Positions 52,153-61,050 of a stretch of 64,000 bases of DNA are shown one piece after another. Numbering within the stretch: the stretch's first letter is position 1; every line of letters starts with the position of its first letter. The translations under genes and the position numbers were made by a program. Source of the DNA: Rhodospirillales bacterium (GTDB taxonomy: Bacteria; Pseudomonadota; Alphaproteobacteria; Rhodospirillales; JANQFP01); assembly GCA_028277795.1 (NCBI GenBank), contig JANQFP010000216.1:6392-70391 (forward strand), in the 5' to 3' direction. The notes beneath the pieces were generated by a model. That model was not told where the DNA came from. It was given only the letters and a program-made list of their open reading frames with translations, and searched no databases.

Positions 52153-52673
52153 GTCCGCTTCCGCTGGCGGGCGTCGCCGATCACCCGCGCCGGCACGCCG
52201 GCGACCACGGCATGATCGGGAACGTCGTCACGGACCAGGGCATGGGCCGCCACCATGGCCCCCGTGCCGATGGTGACCCCGGCGAGGACCGTGACGTTGC
52301 TCCCGACGGAGGCGCCCCGGCACACCCGCGTCGGGACCACCGACCAGTCGGCCTCGGACTGCAGCGTGCCGTCCGGATTGGTGGCGCGGGGGAACAGGTC
52401 GTTGGTGAACATGACGCCGTGGCCGATGAACACCTCGTCCTCGATGGTGACCCCTTCGCAAACGAAGGTGTGGGACGAGATCTTGCAGCGGGCGCCGATC
52501 ACGGCGTTCTTCTGGACCTCCACGAAGGTCCCGACCCGGGTGTCCTCTCCGATCACGCAGCCATAGAGATTGACCAGGTCGGGATGAAAGATCCGGACCC
52601 CGGCAGCCAAGGTGGTGTTATCGGAGATGGGCACGAATGATCCAATCCAGAGTTGGCCGGGTCCGCGAGCCAA
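52149..52673 (-). CDS. Left-handed beta-helix (hexapeptide) N-acetyltransferase (WbpD/WlbB-like)
   Basis: Hexapeptide run 'VIGEDTRVGTFVEVQKNAVIGARCKISSHTFVCEGVTIEDEVFIGHGVMFTNDLFPRA'. TTG start in the track; a downstream GTG (VPISDN) is also possible. Confidence 0.8.
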   Translation of the reverse strand: MARGPGQLWIGSFVPISDNTTLAAGVRIFHPDLVNLYGCVIGEDTRVGTFVEVQKNAVIGARCKISSHTFVCEGVTIEDEVFIGHGVMFTNDLFPRATNPDGTLQSEADWSVVPTRVCRGASVGSNVTVLAGVTIGTGAMVAAHALVRDDVPDHAVVAGVPARVIGDARQRKRT

Positions 52674-52685
52674 CGGTGTCAGTGG

Positions 52686-53471
52686 TCAAAGCCAGTCGCC
52701 CCCGGTGAGCGGAATCATCTGGCCGGTGATGAAGCGGGCCCAGCCCGATAGCAGGTAGACGATGAGCGCCGCCGCCTCGTCCGGATCGCCACCGCGCTTG
52801 AGCGGCACCAGGTCGGCGCGGGCCTTCATCTCGTCCGCGGTGCGGCCGTGCCAGCGCTCGTGGAAGCCGCTGGCGATGTAGCCCAGGCGTACGCCGTTGA
52901 CAAGGATATTGTCCGGCGCTCCCTCGCGGGCCAGGCCCTGGACCATGCACTCCGTGCCCCGTTTCGCGATGGCGTAGGGAAAGGAGACAGGGCTGCCGCC
53001 ATGGAGCGCCGATTCGGTGCCGTTGAGGACGACGCGGCCGCCGGTGCCTTGCTCGGCCATGCGTTTCATGGCGGCCCGGGCCAGGTAGAACGGGTGGTGG
53101 AGGTTCACCGCCATATCGCGCTCCCAGTCGGCCGCCGGCATGTCCTTCCAATGGCCGCTGTGGTGGATGGCGCCGCTCAGGACAACGAGGGCGTCGATGC
53201 CGCCGGCGCGATCCACGAACGCCTCGACGACGGCGGCACAATCCGATTCGCCATCGAAGCGTCGCGCGATGGGAACGACCTTGGGGTTGTCGACAACCGG
53301 TGGCCGGGTTGCGCCATGGGCCCCGATCATGCAGTCCGAACCTGCGCACAGCATCCGTACCAGGGCGGTGCCCAGGCCGCCGCTGGCGCCAGCGACGAGG
53401 ATCCGCATGCCGGGCTCGCTGAGCGGTACCCAGTCGGGGCGGGCAAATGGCTGCGCCGACGACGTGCTCAC
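52686..53471 (-). CDS. Classical SDR oxidoreductase
   Basis: 'ILVAGASGGLGTAL' and 'YAIAKRG' (YxxxK). GTG 53471 overlaps the upstream stop (GTGA). Alternative ATG at 53408 (MRILVAG). Confidence 0.8.
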   Translation of the reverse strand: MSTSSAQPFARPDWVPLSEPGMRILVAGASGGLGTALVRMLCAGSDCMIGAHGATRPPVVDNPKVVPIARRFDGESDCAAVVEAFVDRAGGIDALVVLSGAIHHSGHWKDMPAADWERDMAVNLHHPFYLARAAMKRMAEQGTGGRVVLNGTESALHGGSPVSFPYAIAKRGTECMVQGLAREGAPDNILVNGVRLGYIASGFHERWHGRTADEMKARADLVPLKRGGDPDEAAALIVYLLSGWARFITGQMIPLTGGDWL

Positions 53472-54982
53472 GATGCCTTCCGCTCCGCTCCGGCGGCCAG
53501 GCGCCCGGCGGTCTCATGGGCCGACCGCAGGAGATAGGACAGCGACGGCCGCGGGGAGGCCCGCAACATGATCTGGTAGGAGAACGCGCCCTTGGACAGT
53601 GCGATCAGCCAGCGGTTGACCGCCAGCAGGGCCGACGCCCAGCGGGTCGGCCCCAGGGCCAGGGGATAAGGCGCCGGGATACCGCGCGTCTCGTGAACCT
53701 GGAACCCGTGTTGTTCGAACAGGGTCTTCAGGGTGCCGAATGTGAAGAGGCGCTTATGCCCGTGCTCGAGGATTCCGCGCCGGCTGTAGTTGAAGCCGCC
53801 CAGAAGCAGGGTGAGGCGCGGGATGAAGAATGCCACGTTGGCGGCGCTGACCGTCAGCCGCAGCTCCGGGTGCAGGCCGGCCGCGGCGGCCAGCCGGTCG
53901 AGGAACTGGTCGGGGTCCTTGAGGTACTCGATGACATCCAGCAGCAGCACGTGGTCGATGCCGTCCAGGGGTACCGGGCAGGCGTCCTCGTCGAGGTCGG
54001 CCTCCATGAACCGGTGGAACGGGGACTGGTCCTGCGGGGCCACCGCATCGACGCCGGTCACACTGCACCCCCTGTCCCTGAGCACGCGGGCCACGTGGCC
54101 GTCACCACACCCCAGGTCGAGGACGGCGGCGCCGTCGGCCACGTCATCCGCCGCCGCGGTGTGGGAGCTGTCGAAGTCCAGCTTGGGCTGATATCGAGGT
54201 CCCGCCGGGTCCGGCCGGGCCACGTCGAACCGCCGCTGGTAGAGAAGCCCCCAACCCTGGATGCGGGCCAGGACCGTCGCCTTGACCACGTCCTTGGCGT
54301 ACCGCGGCCCGTCCACGTAGCAGATTTCGTTGCCGTAGTAGGTCGGGATGGGCAGCTCCGTGATGGGCCGGCCCGCCAGCATGAGCTGGATGATGATCTC
54401 GGTGTCGAAATGGAAGTCGTTGGTGTTGAGTGAGAAGGGAACGGCCTTCAGCGCCCGCACCGCATAGACCCGATAGCCGGTGTGGAACTCGCTCAGGGCG
54501 GAGCCCAGAAGCCGGTTCTGGAAAGCGGTCAGAATCTTGTTGCCGACGAACTTATAGAGCGGCATGCCGCCCTTCAGCGCCCCTCCCCGGTCCAGCATGC
54601 GCGAGCCGAGAACCAGGTCGGCCTCTCCCGCCGCCACGGGCGCGATCAGGTCGGGCAGCCGTTCGGGGGCGTACTGACCGTCGCCGTGCAGCAAGGCGAC
54701 GGCGTCGAAACCGTTCTCGATGGCGTAATGGAACCCGATCTTCTGGTTTCCGCCGTAGCCCTGGTTGACCGGATTGAACAACACGGTGAGCTTGAACGGC
54801 AGCGCCGCCTCGGTCCCGTGCTCCATGGCCGTGTGGAACGTGCGGTCGCCCGACGAATCGTCGATGATCAGAACCTCGGTGTCGTAATCGCGCAGGCCCT
54901 CAGGGATGCGCGACAGCACGTTGGCGATGGTCGTCTCCGCGTTGTAGGCGACGATGAAGATGAGGACGCGGGGTCGGCTCAT
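53468..54982 (-). CDS. Bifunctional GT2 glycosyltransferase / class I SAM-dependent methyltransferase fusion
   Basis: N-terminal part: 'VLIFIVAYNAETTI', 'LIIDDSSGDRT', 'LLHGDGQYAPE'. C-terminal part: 'VLDLGCGDGHVA', 'VLLLDVIEYLKD'. ATG 54982 overlaps the rmlD stop. Confidence 0.85.
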   Translation of the reverse strand: MSRPRVLIFIVAYNAETTIANVLSRIPEGLRDYDTEVLIIDDSSGDRTFHTAMEHGTEAALPFKLTVLFNPVNQGYGGNQKIGFHYAIENGFDAVALLHGDGQYAPERLPDLIAPVAAGEADLVLGSRMLDRGGALKGGMPLYKFVGNKILTAFQNRLLGSALSEFHTGYRVYAVRALKAVPFSLNTNDFHFDTEIIIQLMLAGRPITELPIPTYYGNEICYVDGPRYAKDVVKATVLARIQGWGLLYQRRFDVARPDPAGPRYQPKLDFDSSHTAAADDVADGAAVLDLGCGDGHVARVLRDRGCSVTGVDAVAPQDQSPFHRFMEADLDEDACPVPLDGIDHVLLLDVIEYLKDPDQFLDRLAAAAGLHPELRLTVSAANVAFFIPRLTLLLGGFNYSRRGILEHGHKRLFTFGTLKTLFEQHGFQVHETRGIPAPYPLALGPTRWASALLAVNRWLIALSKGAFSYQIMLRASPRPSLSYLLRSAHETAGRLAAGAERKAS

Positions 54983-55878
54983 GAGGGGCGTTCGCTCACC
55001 TGGTCCATGACCTCGGCCAGGGCCTGCCGCCAATGGGGCGGCACCAGACCGAAACGATCCCGCAATCGCCGCAGTGCCAGGCGTGAGTTGGCCGGACGCC
55101 GCGCGGGCAAGGGGTAGGCCTCCGCCGGAATCGGGCGCACGGTGTCCACCGCCAGCGGCAGGCCGCGGGTGCGGGCCAAGGCGAAGATCTCACGGGCGAA
55201 GCCGAACCATGAGGCGCTGCCCCGACAGGTCAGGTGCAGAATGCCGCCTTTGGTGTCCAGAAGGCGTCGGGGCTCGCCGTCGGCTTGCGCGACGATGGCC
55301 GCGGTGAGGCTGGCGATGGTGTCTGCCGGCGTCGGCGCCCCCACCTGATCGTCGACGATGGCGAGTTCGGGGCGTTCCCGGCCCAGCCGCAGCATGGTGT
55401 TCAGGAAATTTTGGCCGCGCGCGGCATAGACCCAGCTCGTGCGCACGATCAGATGGGCCGCCCCCGCCGCCTGGACGGCCGCCTCGCCCGCCGCCTTGCC
55501 GGCGCCGTAAGCGTTGATCGGGTTGACGGGGGCGTCTTCCGGGTAGGGGGAGCGCCGCCGCCCGTCGAACACGTAGTCGGTCGAGTAGTGGACAATGGCC
55601 GCTCCGGCACGCCGCGCCGCCACCGCCAGGTGACCGGGTGCCAGGGCATTGATCTCGGCCGCCACGTCGGGCTCGGTCTCCGCCTGATCGACGGCCGTAT
55701 ACGCGGCGGCATTGACCACCAGATCGGGCGCCGCATCGTCGACGGTGGCGGCGATGGCGCGGGGGTCGCGAAGGTCCAGGTCGGCCCGGCCGGTGGCCAC
55801 GACCTCGCCCAGGGGGGCCAGGACCTCCTGCAGGACCTGTCCCAATTGTCCGTCCTTACCGGTGAGCAGGATCTTCAC
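54979..55878 (-). CDS. rfbD: dTDP-4-dehydrorhamnose reductase
   Basis: 'MKILLTGKDGQLGQ', 'VVNAAAYTAVDQAE', 'STDYVFDG' and 'YGAGKAAGE'. GTG start. rmlA, rmlB and rmlC are not present in the window. Confidence 0.9.
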   Translation of the reverse strand: MKILLTGKDGQLGQVLQEVLAPLGEVVATGRADLDLRDPRAIAATVDDAAPDLVVNAAAYTAVDQAETEPDVAAEINALAPGHLAVAARRAGAAIVHYSTDYVFDGRRRSPYPEDAPVNPINAYGAGKAAGEAAVQAAGAAHLIVRTSWVYAARGQNFLNTMLRLGRERPELAIVDDQVGAPTPADTIASLTAAIVAQADGEPRRLLDTKGGILHLTCRGSASWFGFAREIFALARTRGLPLAVDTVRPIPAEAYPLPARRPANSRLALRRLRDRFGLVPPHWRQALAEVMDQVSERPS

Positions 55879-56698
55879 GGGGTTCTCGGCCGTAGCACTG
55901 GCGCACGACGGCGGCGCTGAGGGCCACGTCAGCCAGCGGGTCGGTGCTGTTCATCATGCGCTGTTCGATGGAGACGAAACCATCGTAGCCGATGGCATTC
56001 AGGTGGCGGCCGATGGCGGCATGGTCCACGGCGCCGCTGGAACCGAGAACGGCGAGGCCGGGCTCGTTGGCATGCACGTGAACCAGCATCGGCGCCACCG
56101 CTTCGAAGGTGGCCGCGTCCACCTCGTCGTTCTCCACCAGCGCCTTGGCGTCGAGCTGGACGCGGAGCGCCGGATGATCCACGGCCGTCACCAGGGCCAG
56201 CGCCTCCAAGGCCGAATTGATGAAATCGCTGTCGCACGGACCCAGGGGCTCGAAGCAATAGCAGGTGCCATGATCCTCGATGCGCCGGGTGAGGGTGCGG
56301 CAGAAGTCGACGGCCTGGGCCAGGGCGTCCGGGGCCGGGACCGCGCCGCGCCGCCGGCCGCCGCCCCAGATCAGGGTGCGGCCGCCCAGGTCCCGGCAGA
56401 CCTCCGACAGATGGACCAGGAAATCGAGCGTCGCGGCGCGCACCTCGGGCCCTTCGAACAGGCCCAGTTCAGGGTGATCGAACAGCAGGGAATGCAGCCC
56501 GACGATTGTAGGCCCGGCGTCGTCGGCGGCGCGCCGGTAGGCCTCCACGTCCTTTGCCCGGAGCCCATGCCAAGTCTCCGACCATACCCGGCTCGGGGCC
56601 ACCTCCAGGCCGGTAATCCCCAGGGCGGGCAGGCGCCGGAGCTCGTCCGTATGGTCATGAGCGGTGAGCGCGATATTGGAGACGGCGAACGCGGTCAC
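55856..56698 (-). CDS. Xylose-isomerase-like TIM-barrel protein (sugar phosphate isomerase/epimerase family)
   Basis: 280 aa. An alternating beta/alpha pattern with conserved acidic and His positions ('CFEPL', 'VHVHANEP', 'VSIEQ'). Its 3' end overlaps rmlD by 23 nt. The GTG start shares GTGA with the ABC gene stop. Confidence 0.7.
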   Translation of the reverse strand: MTAFAVSNIALTAHDHTDELRRLPALGITGLEVAPSRVWSETWHGLRAKDVEAYRRAADDAGPTIVGLHSLLFDHPELGLFEGPEVRAATLDFLVHLSEVCRDLGGRTLIWGGGRRRGAVPAPDALAQAVDFCRTLTRRIEDHGTCYCFEPLGPCDSDFINSALEALALVTAVDHPALRVQLDAKALVENDEVDAATFEAVAPMLVHVHANEPGLAVLGSSGAVDHAAIGRHLNAIGYDGFVSIEQRMMNSTDPLADVALSAAVVRQCYGREPREDPAHR

Positions 56699-58512
56699 AG
56701 CACGGCGACCGCCTGCGGCCCCCCATTGGGAAGTTGGCCGAGCTCGACCAGGCGGCGGAAACCCGGGTGCCGCGCGGTCAACTCCTGGAAGGTTCCGGTG
56801 TCGACGATCCGCCCCCGATCCATGAGGATCAGCCGGTCGCAGCGGGCCACCGTGCTCATTCGGTGGGCGACGATGATCAATGTCTTGGTCCGCGACAGCT
56901 CGTCGAGGGCGGCCGCGATCTCCTGCTCGGTCTCGTTGTCCAGCGCCGACGTGGCCTCGTCGAAGACCAGGACGTCGGGATCGCCATAGAGGGAGCGCGC
57001 GATCCCCACGCGCTGCCGTTCACCGCCGGACAGACGCACGCCCTGCTCGCCGACCATGGTATCCAGGCCTTCGGGAAGACGCTCGACGACCGCTGTCAGG
57101 TGCGCCATGGCGGCGGCCCGGCGCACCCGATCCTCGTCGATCTCACGGTCGTCGATCAGGAACGCGATGTTGCGGCGCAGGGTATCGTCGTTGAGTTGGA
57201 TGGTTTGCGGCACGTATCCTAGTCGGCGCTGCCATCCGGCCATGTTGCGAGCGGCATCGTCGCCGTCGATCAACAGGCGGCCGCCGGTGGGCGTCAACAA
57301 GCCGAGGAGCATGTCGACCAGGGTCGTCTTGCCGGCGCCCGATGCTCCGACCAACCCGATTGATTCGCCCTTGCGTATGGTGAGGTCGATACCCTCCAGG
57401 GCGGCGTGACTGGCGCCGTCGTACCGGTACGAGACGCCGTCCAACCGGATGTCGCGGCCGAACGGCATCGGTTCGGCGGCCCGAGCCGCGCGTTGACGCG
57501 CCAAGTCGTCGCGGCCCGCCATCACGTCGGCGTACAGGGTCTCTATAGGGGCCGTGCGATGGCGTAGGTCGGCGGCCTGACTGAGGATTCGGTTCACCGA
57601 CGGCAGCAGGCGCAGCCCGGCCATGGCGAACAGGCCGGCCGTCGCAAGCAGCCGGTCAGGCGGGTATCCGACGGCGTACAGAATCCCGAGGACGGCGAGG
57701 AACCCGACGATCAGACCGGTCTCGACCAGGAGCCGAGGCACATGTTGGCCGGTCAGGGTCAAACACAGGTAGTCCGCTCGCGCCGACGCGTTTTCGCCGA
57801 TGCGCTCGGACACATAGGACTCCCGCCGGCCGACGGTCACGTCCTTGACGGCCGCGAACGACTGCCGGATCCATGTGATCAGCCGGGCTTCGATGACATG
57901 GGCCTGTTCCCCCCAGTGCCGGAACCGAGGCGCCGCGACCACGGTATAGGCGCCGCCCAGCACCAGGAGGATGGCACCGACACCGAGCGTCACCATCGGT
58001 TCGAGGAGGAACAGGATCAAGAAGGCGGCCGCCACAAGGACCGTCTCCATCAGCATGGCCAAGGCAATGCGCAGCCCGTCGAAGGCGAGGGCTGCGCTGT
58101 GGTTAAGGTTGCGCAGGAGCTCGGCGGAGTTCCGCTGGAGGTGGAACGGGTAGGGACGCGCGAGATAGATCTCGAACAGACCCTGGACGAAGGCCGCCAT
58201 CTTGCGGGTCACGACGCGGTTGATGCCGTAGGTCATGACCAGGAGGGCGACATTCTTCACGACGATGAACCCGGCGAACACGGACGCCGCCACAAGCAGC
58301 GGGTTCGCCGTGCCGGCACCGGGAAGGACGGCGGCGATGGCGGCGGCGATCCGGCTCTCGCCCCCGGTCACCGCATGGATCACCGGCAGGATCAGGCCGA
58401 TGCTCGCCATCTCCAGGACCGCCGTGATCAGCATGGGCACGATCAATAACCCGAGATGCCGGCGCGACCGTCGGTCCAGCAATTGGAGCAGCTTGCGGAG
58501 GAGTGTGAGCAC
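56695..58512 (-). CDS. ABC transporter, fused permease/ATPase (MsbA/PglK-type exporter)
   Basis: 6 TM spans, then Walker A 'GASGAGKTT', signature 'LSGGERQR' and Walker B 'VLVFDEATSALD'. GTG 58512 (VLTLLRKLLQLL...) lies 5 nt after the upstream TAA. The track extension is rejected. Confidence 0.9.
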   Translation of the reverse strand: MLTLLRKLLQLLDRRSRRHLGLLIVPMLITAVLEMASIGLILPVIHAVTGGESRIAAAIAAVLPGAGTANPLLVAASVFAGFIVVKNVALLVMTYGINRVVTRKMAAFVQGLFEIYLARPYPFHLQRNSAELLRNLNHSAALAFDGLRIALAMLMETVLVAAAFLILFLLEPMVTLGVGAILLVLGGAYTVVAAPRFRHWGEQAHVIEARLITWIRQSFAAVKDVTVGRRESYVSERIGENASARADYLCLTLTGQHVPRLLVETGLIVGFLAVLGILYAVGYPPDRLLATAGLFAMAGLRLLPSVNRILSQAADLRHRTAPIETLYADVMAGRDDLARQRAARAAEPMPFGRDIRLDGVSYRYDGASHAALEGIDLTIRKGESIGLVGASGAGKTTLVDMLLGLLTPTGGRLLIDGDDAARNMAGWQRRLGYVPQTIQLNDDTLRRNIAFLIDDREIDEDRVRRAAAMAHLTAVVERLPEGLDTMVGEQGVRLSGGERQRVGIARSLYGDPDVLVFDEATSALDNETEQEIAAALDELSRTKTLIIVAHRMSTVARCDRLILMDRGRIVDTGTFQELTARHPGFRRLVELGQLPNGGPQAVAVL

Positions 58513-58517
58513 GGGTG

Positions 58518-59432
58518 TTAGGGCGCCGCGCGGGCAAAAAAGCGGTTGCGGGCGAAGTTCCCGGCCATGTAGGCACGGTTCACGTACCGATCGCCAGTCA
58601 GGGCCGAAAACCCGGCGGCGGCGAGGGCCGGCGGCACGGCGTCGTCGCCCCATGCCGGGTTGATTTCGATGGCGACGCTCTTGAGGCGGTGGTCGGACAA
58701 CAACGTTGCCATGCCGTCGAGAACGAGGAGATCATTGCCATCCACATCGATCTTGACGTGGTTGGGAACGGGTACGTCGAACTGCCTGACGAAATCGTCC
58801 AGGCGGAATCCCAGGACCGCCTGGGTAATGCCGAGCCCGCCGGAATCGAACGTATGCCCGGCCTTCCCCGGCAACGGTGCCGACAGGGCGAGGTGAGACA
58901 AGGTGGTCTTGTCGTGAAGGGCGATGTTGAGGGCCGTGATCCGATCGGAAAGGCCGTTGAGGGCGATGTTGCGGTTGAGGATGCGGTAGTTCTCCGCCGC
59001 CGGCTCGAAGGCCATGACCACCGCGTCCTTGGTCCGCGCGGCGTAGAGGCTGAAGACGCCGACGTTGGCGCCGACATCGTAGAAGACGTCCCTGGGCTCG
59101 AACAGGTCGTCGATCCACGCCAGGGTATCCGGTTCCTTGGTGAGCAACGTGACGGCCCGGTGGTGGGGGATGGCATGGCCGGCGTCGAAGCGCAGGCCGG
59201 CATTGGTGATCGTCGTGTCGGCCTCTTCACCCAATACATGAACCAGGGCCAGGAAGCGCTTGCCGCCCAGAACCATACGACCGGCGGCGAGAATCCGACG
59301 CACGGCCCCGCGGAGTGAACGGCGCCACCCGTGATAGACGGGTCTCAGCGCGTCGCCGACTGGTCGCGGGATCCTTTTCATCACGGTCGGCACGGTGTGC
59401 GAAGTCCGATGGCCGGCGGCACGAACGGTCAC
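58518..59432 (-). CDS. FkbM-family methyltransferase
   Basis: 'VFYDVGANVGVFSLYAA' and 'HVKIDVDGNDLLVLDG'. GTG 59432 overlaps the upstream stop. Alternative ATG at 59381. Confidence 0.8.
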   Translation of the reverse strand: MTVRAAGHRTSHTVPTVMKRIPRPVGDALRPVYHGWRRSLRGAVRRILAAGRMVLGGKRFLALVHVLGEEADTTITNAGLRFDAGHAIPHHRAVTLLTKEPDTLAWIDDLFEPRDVFYDVGANVGVFSLYAARTKDAVVMAFEPAAENYRILNRNIALNGLSDRITALNIALHDKTTLSHLALSAPLPGKAGHTFDSGGLGITQAVLGFRLDDFVRQFDVPVPNHVKIDVDGNDLLVLDGMATLLSDHRLKSVAIEINPAWGDDAVPPALAAAGFSALTGDRYVNRAYMAGNFARNRFFARAAP

Positions 59433-60142
59433 TCGCCGCCCGCAATGGCGACGACTTGCCCCGTGGTGAAGGTGTTTTCCTCAGACCCGAACCAATGGAC
59501 GGCGCGGGCCATCTCGTCGGGCTCCGCCATGCGCCCGGCGGGGATGCGCGCGACCCGCGCCGTCATGTCCTTGCCCGGGTCGGCGCGGTGGATCCGCGTA
59601 TCGGTCACACCCAGGCGGAGGACATTGACCAGGACATCCCGCGCCGCCCACGCGCGGTGCTCGCCGGGCATGAACTCCAGGGCATGCTTGCCGTACGCAT
59701 AGCAGAAGCTGCTGGTGCCGCCGCCGTACTTCACGCCGATGCTGCCGAGCAGGACGATCCGGCCCCACCCCCGCTCCACCATGGATGGCACCACGGCCTG
59801 CATTACGAGGACGGCGGACACCGCATTCACCATCATGGCACGCCACACCGTTTCGGCGGTGGCGTCGGCGAAACTCAAAGGCTCCATATGGGCGGCAGCG
59901 TGGATGAACACGTCCGTCGCCGCGACGGTCTCACGGTGCTCCGAAAGGGCATGGCCCAGGTCGTCAGGGTTGCCGAGATCGATTCGGATGGGCGTCAGGT
60001 CCGGCGATTCGGCCCACAGGGCGTCGAAGGCTGGGCGTCCCCTATAGTGGTGCGCGAGAACCCGGTAGCCCCGCGACAGATAGAGCCGGCACACCGCGAG
60101 GCCGATGTCCGAGCTGGCACCGGTGACGAAGACCTGGCGCAC
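59429..60142 (-). CDS. Classical SDR oxidoreductase
   Basis: 'VFVTGASSDIGLAV' and 'YAYGKHAL' (YxxxK). GTG start. Confidence 0.8.
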   Translation of the reverse strand: MRQVFVTGASSDIGLAVCRLYLSRGYRVLAHHYRGRPAFDALWAESPDLTPIRIDLGNPDDLGHALSEHRETVAATDVFIHAAAHMEPLSFADATAETVWRAMMVNAVSAVLVMQAVVPSMVERGWGRIVLLGSIGVKYGGGTSSFCYAYGKHALEFMPGEHRAWAARDVLVNVLRLGVTDTRIHRADPGKDMTARVARIPAGRMAEPDEMARAVHWFGSEENTFTTGQVVAIAGGE

Positions 60143-60145
60143 CGG

Positions 60146-61048
60146 TCAGGTGCCGTCCTTGACCAGGCGCCCGTCGAGGGCATTCCAAGCATCGGCGTGT
60201 TGTCGCCCCATCAGGTCGCCTTTCACGTCGCACACGGTGCATGGCCCGAATGCCCGGTCGCCGCGGACCAAGCGTCGCCGGGCGGCGCTCATGGCCGGGC
60301 CTGTCCAGATGTCCCAGAAGTCCTGCATCTGCATGTTGCCGACCACGAGACGTTTCCCCCAGTCGTGAGGACAGAGCAGCACGTCGCCCTGGTAGTCCAT
60401 GAAGAAGGTGTAATGGGGGTAATGGCAGGCTCGGTGCAGCGGTTCGGCCAGGGACGGCAGCCGATGTTCGGCGTTGTCCATCATCCCGGCCCGATTGCTC
60501 AGCGTGATCCCGAAATCCTCCTCGGCCGGCAGGTAGCGGTGGCGGATCACGTACTGGTCCGGCCGCAGGCCGGCGCGCCGGCACATGGCCTCGAACCGCG
60601 CCGCGTCGTCGGGTCCGTCGTAGACGCTGATCAGGAGGGTGCTGAGACCGCTGTCGAATAGCCGGCGGAGGCGGTCGTCGTCCAGGGGATCGCCATTGGT
60701 GACCATCTCGACCCGACCATGGACGAGGGCCCGCCGGACGATCGCCACCAAGTCGTAGATGTTCTTGTCGATCATCGGTTCCACGAACCCCGAGAACAGA
60801 AAGATGCCGCGGAATCCCACGTCGCCCAACTGCCCGGCCAGCTTTCCGATCAGGGCCGGATCGACGAACTCCTTGATGTCGGGGTAGTCTGGGGCACTGC
60901 GGGGACAGAACGCGCATTTCCTGTTGCAGGTCCCGGATTCGCTGATTTCGACCACCGACGGCAGCGGTACGCCGGTGTCCGTGCGGGTGAACCGCTCGTC
61001 CACGATCCCCGACTTCCGCGGAATCGCGGTATCGAAGAACGATGCCAT
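60146..61048 (-). CDS. Radical SAM enzyme with C-terminal SPASM/twitch-like Cys cluster
   Basis: 'ESGTCNRKCAFCPR' (CX3CX2C). C-terminal cysteines 'ACHYP...LLCPHDW...FGPCTVCD'. ATG 61048 (MASFFDTAI...). The track extension is rejected. Confidence 0.85.
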   Translation of the reverse strand: MASFFDTAIPRKSGIVDERFTRTDTGVPLPSVVEISESGTCNRKCAFCPRSAPDYPDIKEFVDPALIGKLAGQLGDVGFRGIFLFSGFVEPMIDKNIYDLVAIVRRALVHGRVEMVTNGDPLDDDRLRRLFDSGLSTLLISVYDGPDDAARFEAMCRRAGLRPDQYVIRHRYLPAEEDFGITLSNRAGMMDNAEHRLPSLAEPLHRACHYPHYTFFMDYQGDVLLCPHDWGKRLVVGNMQMQDFWDIWTGPAMSAARRRLVRGDRAFGPCTVCDVKGDLMGRQHADAWNALDGRLVKDGT

Positions 61049-61050
61049 CG

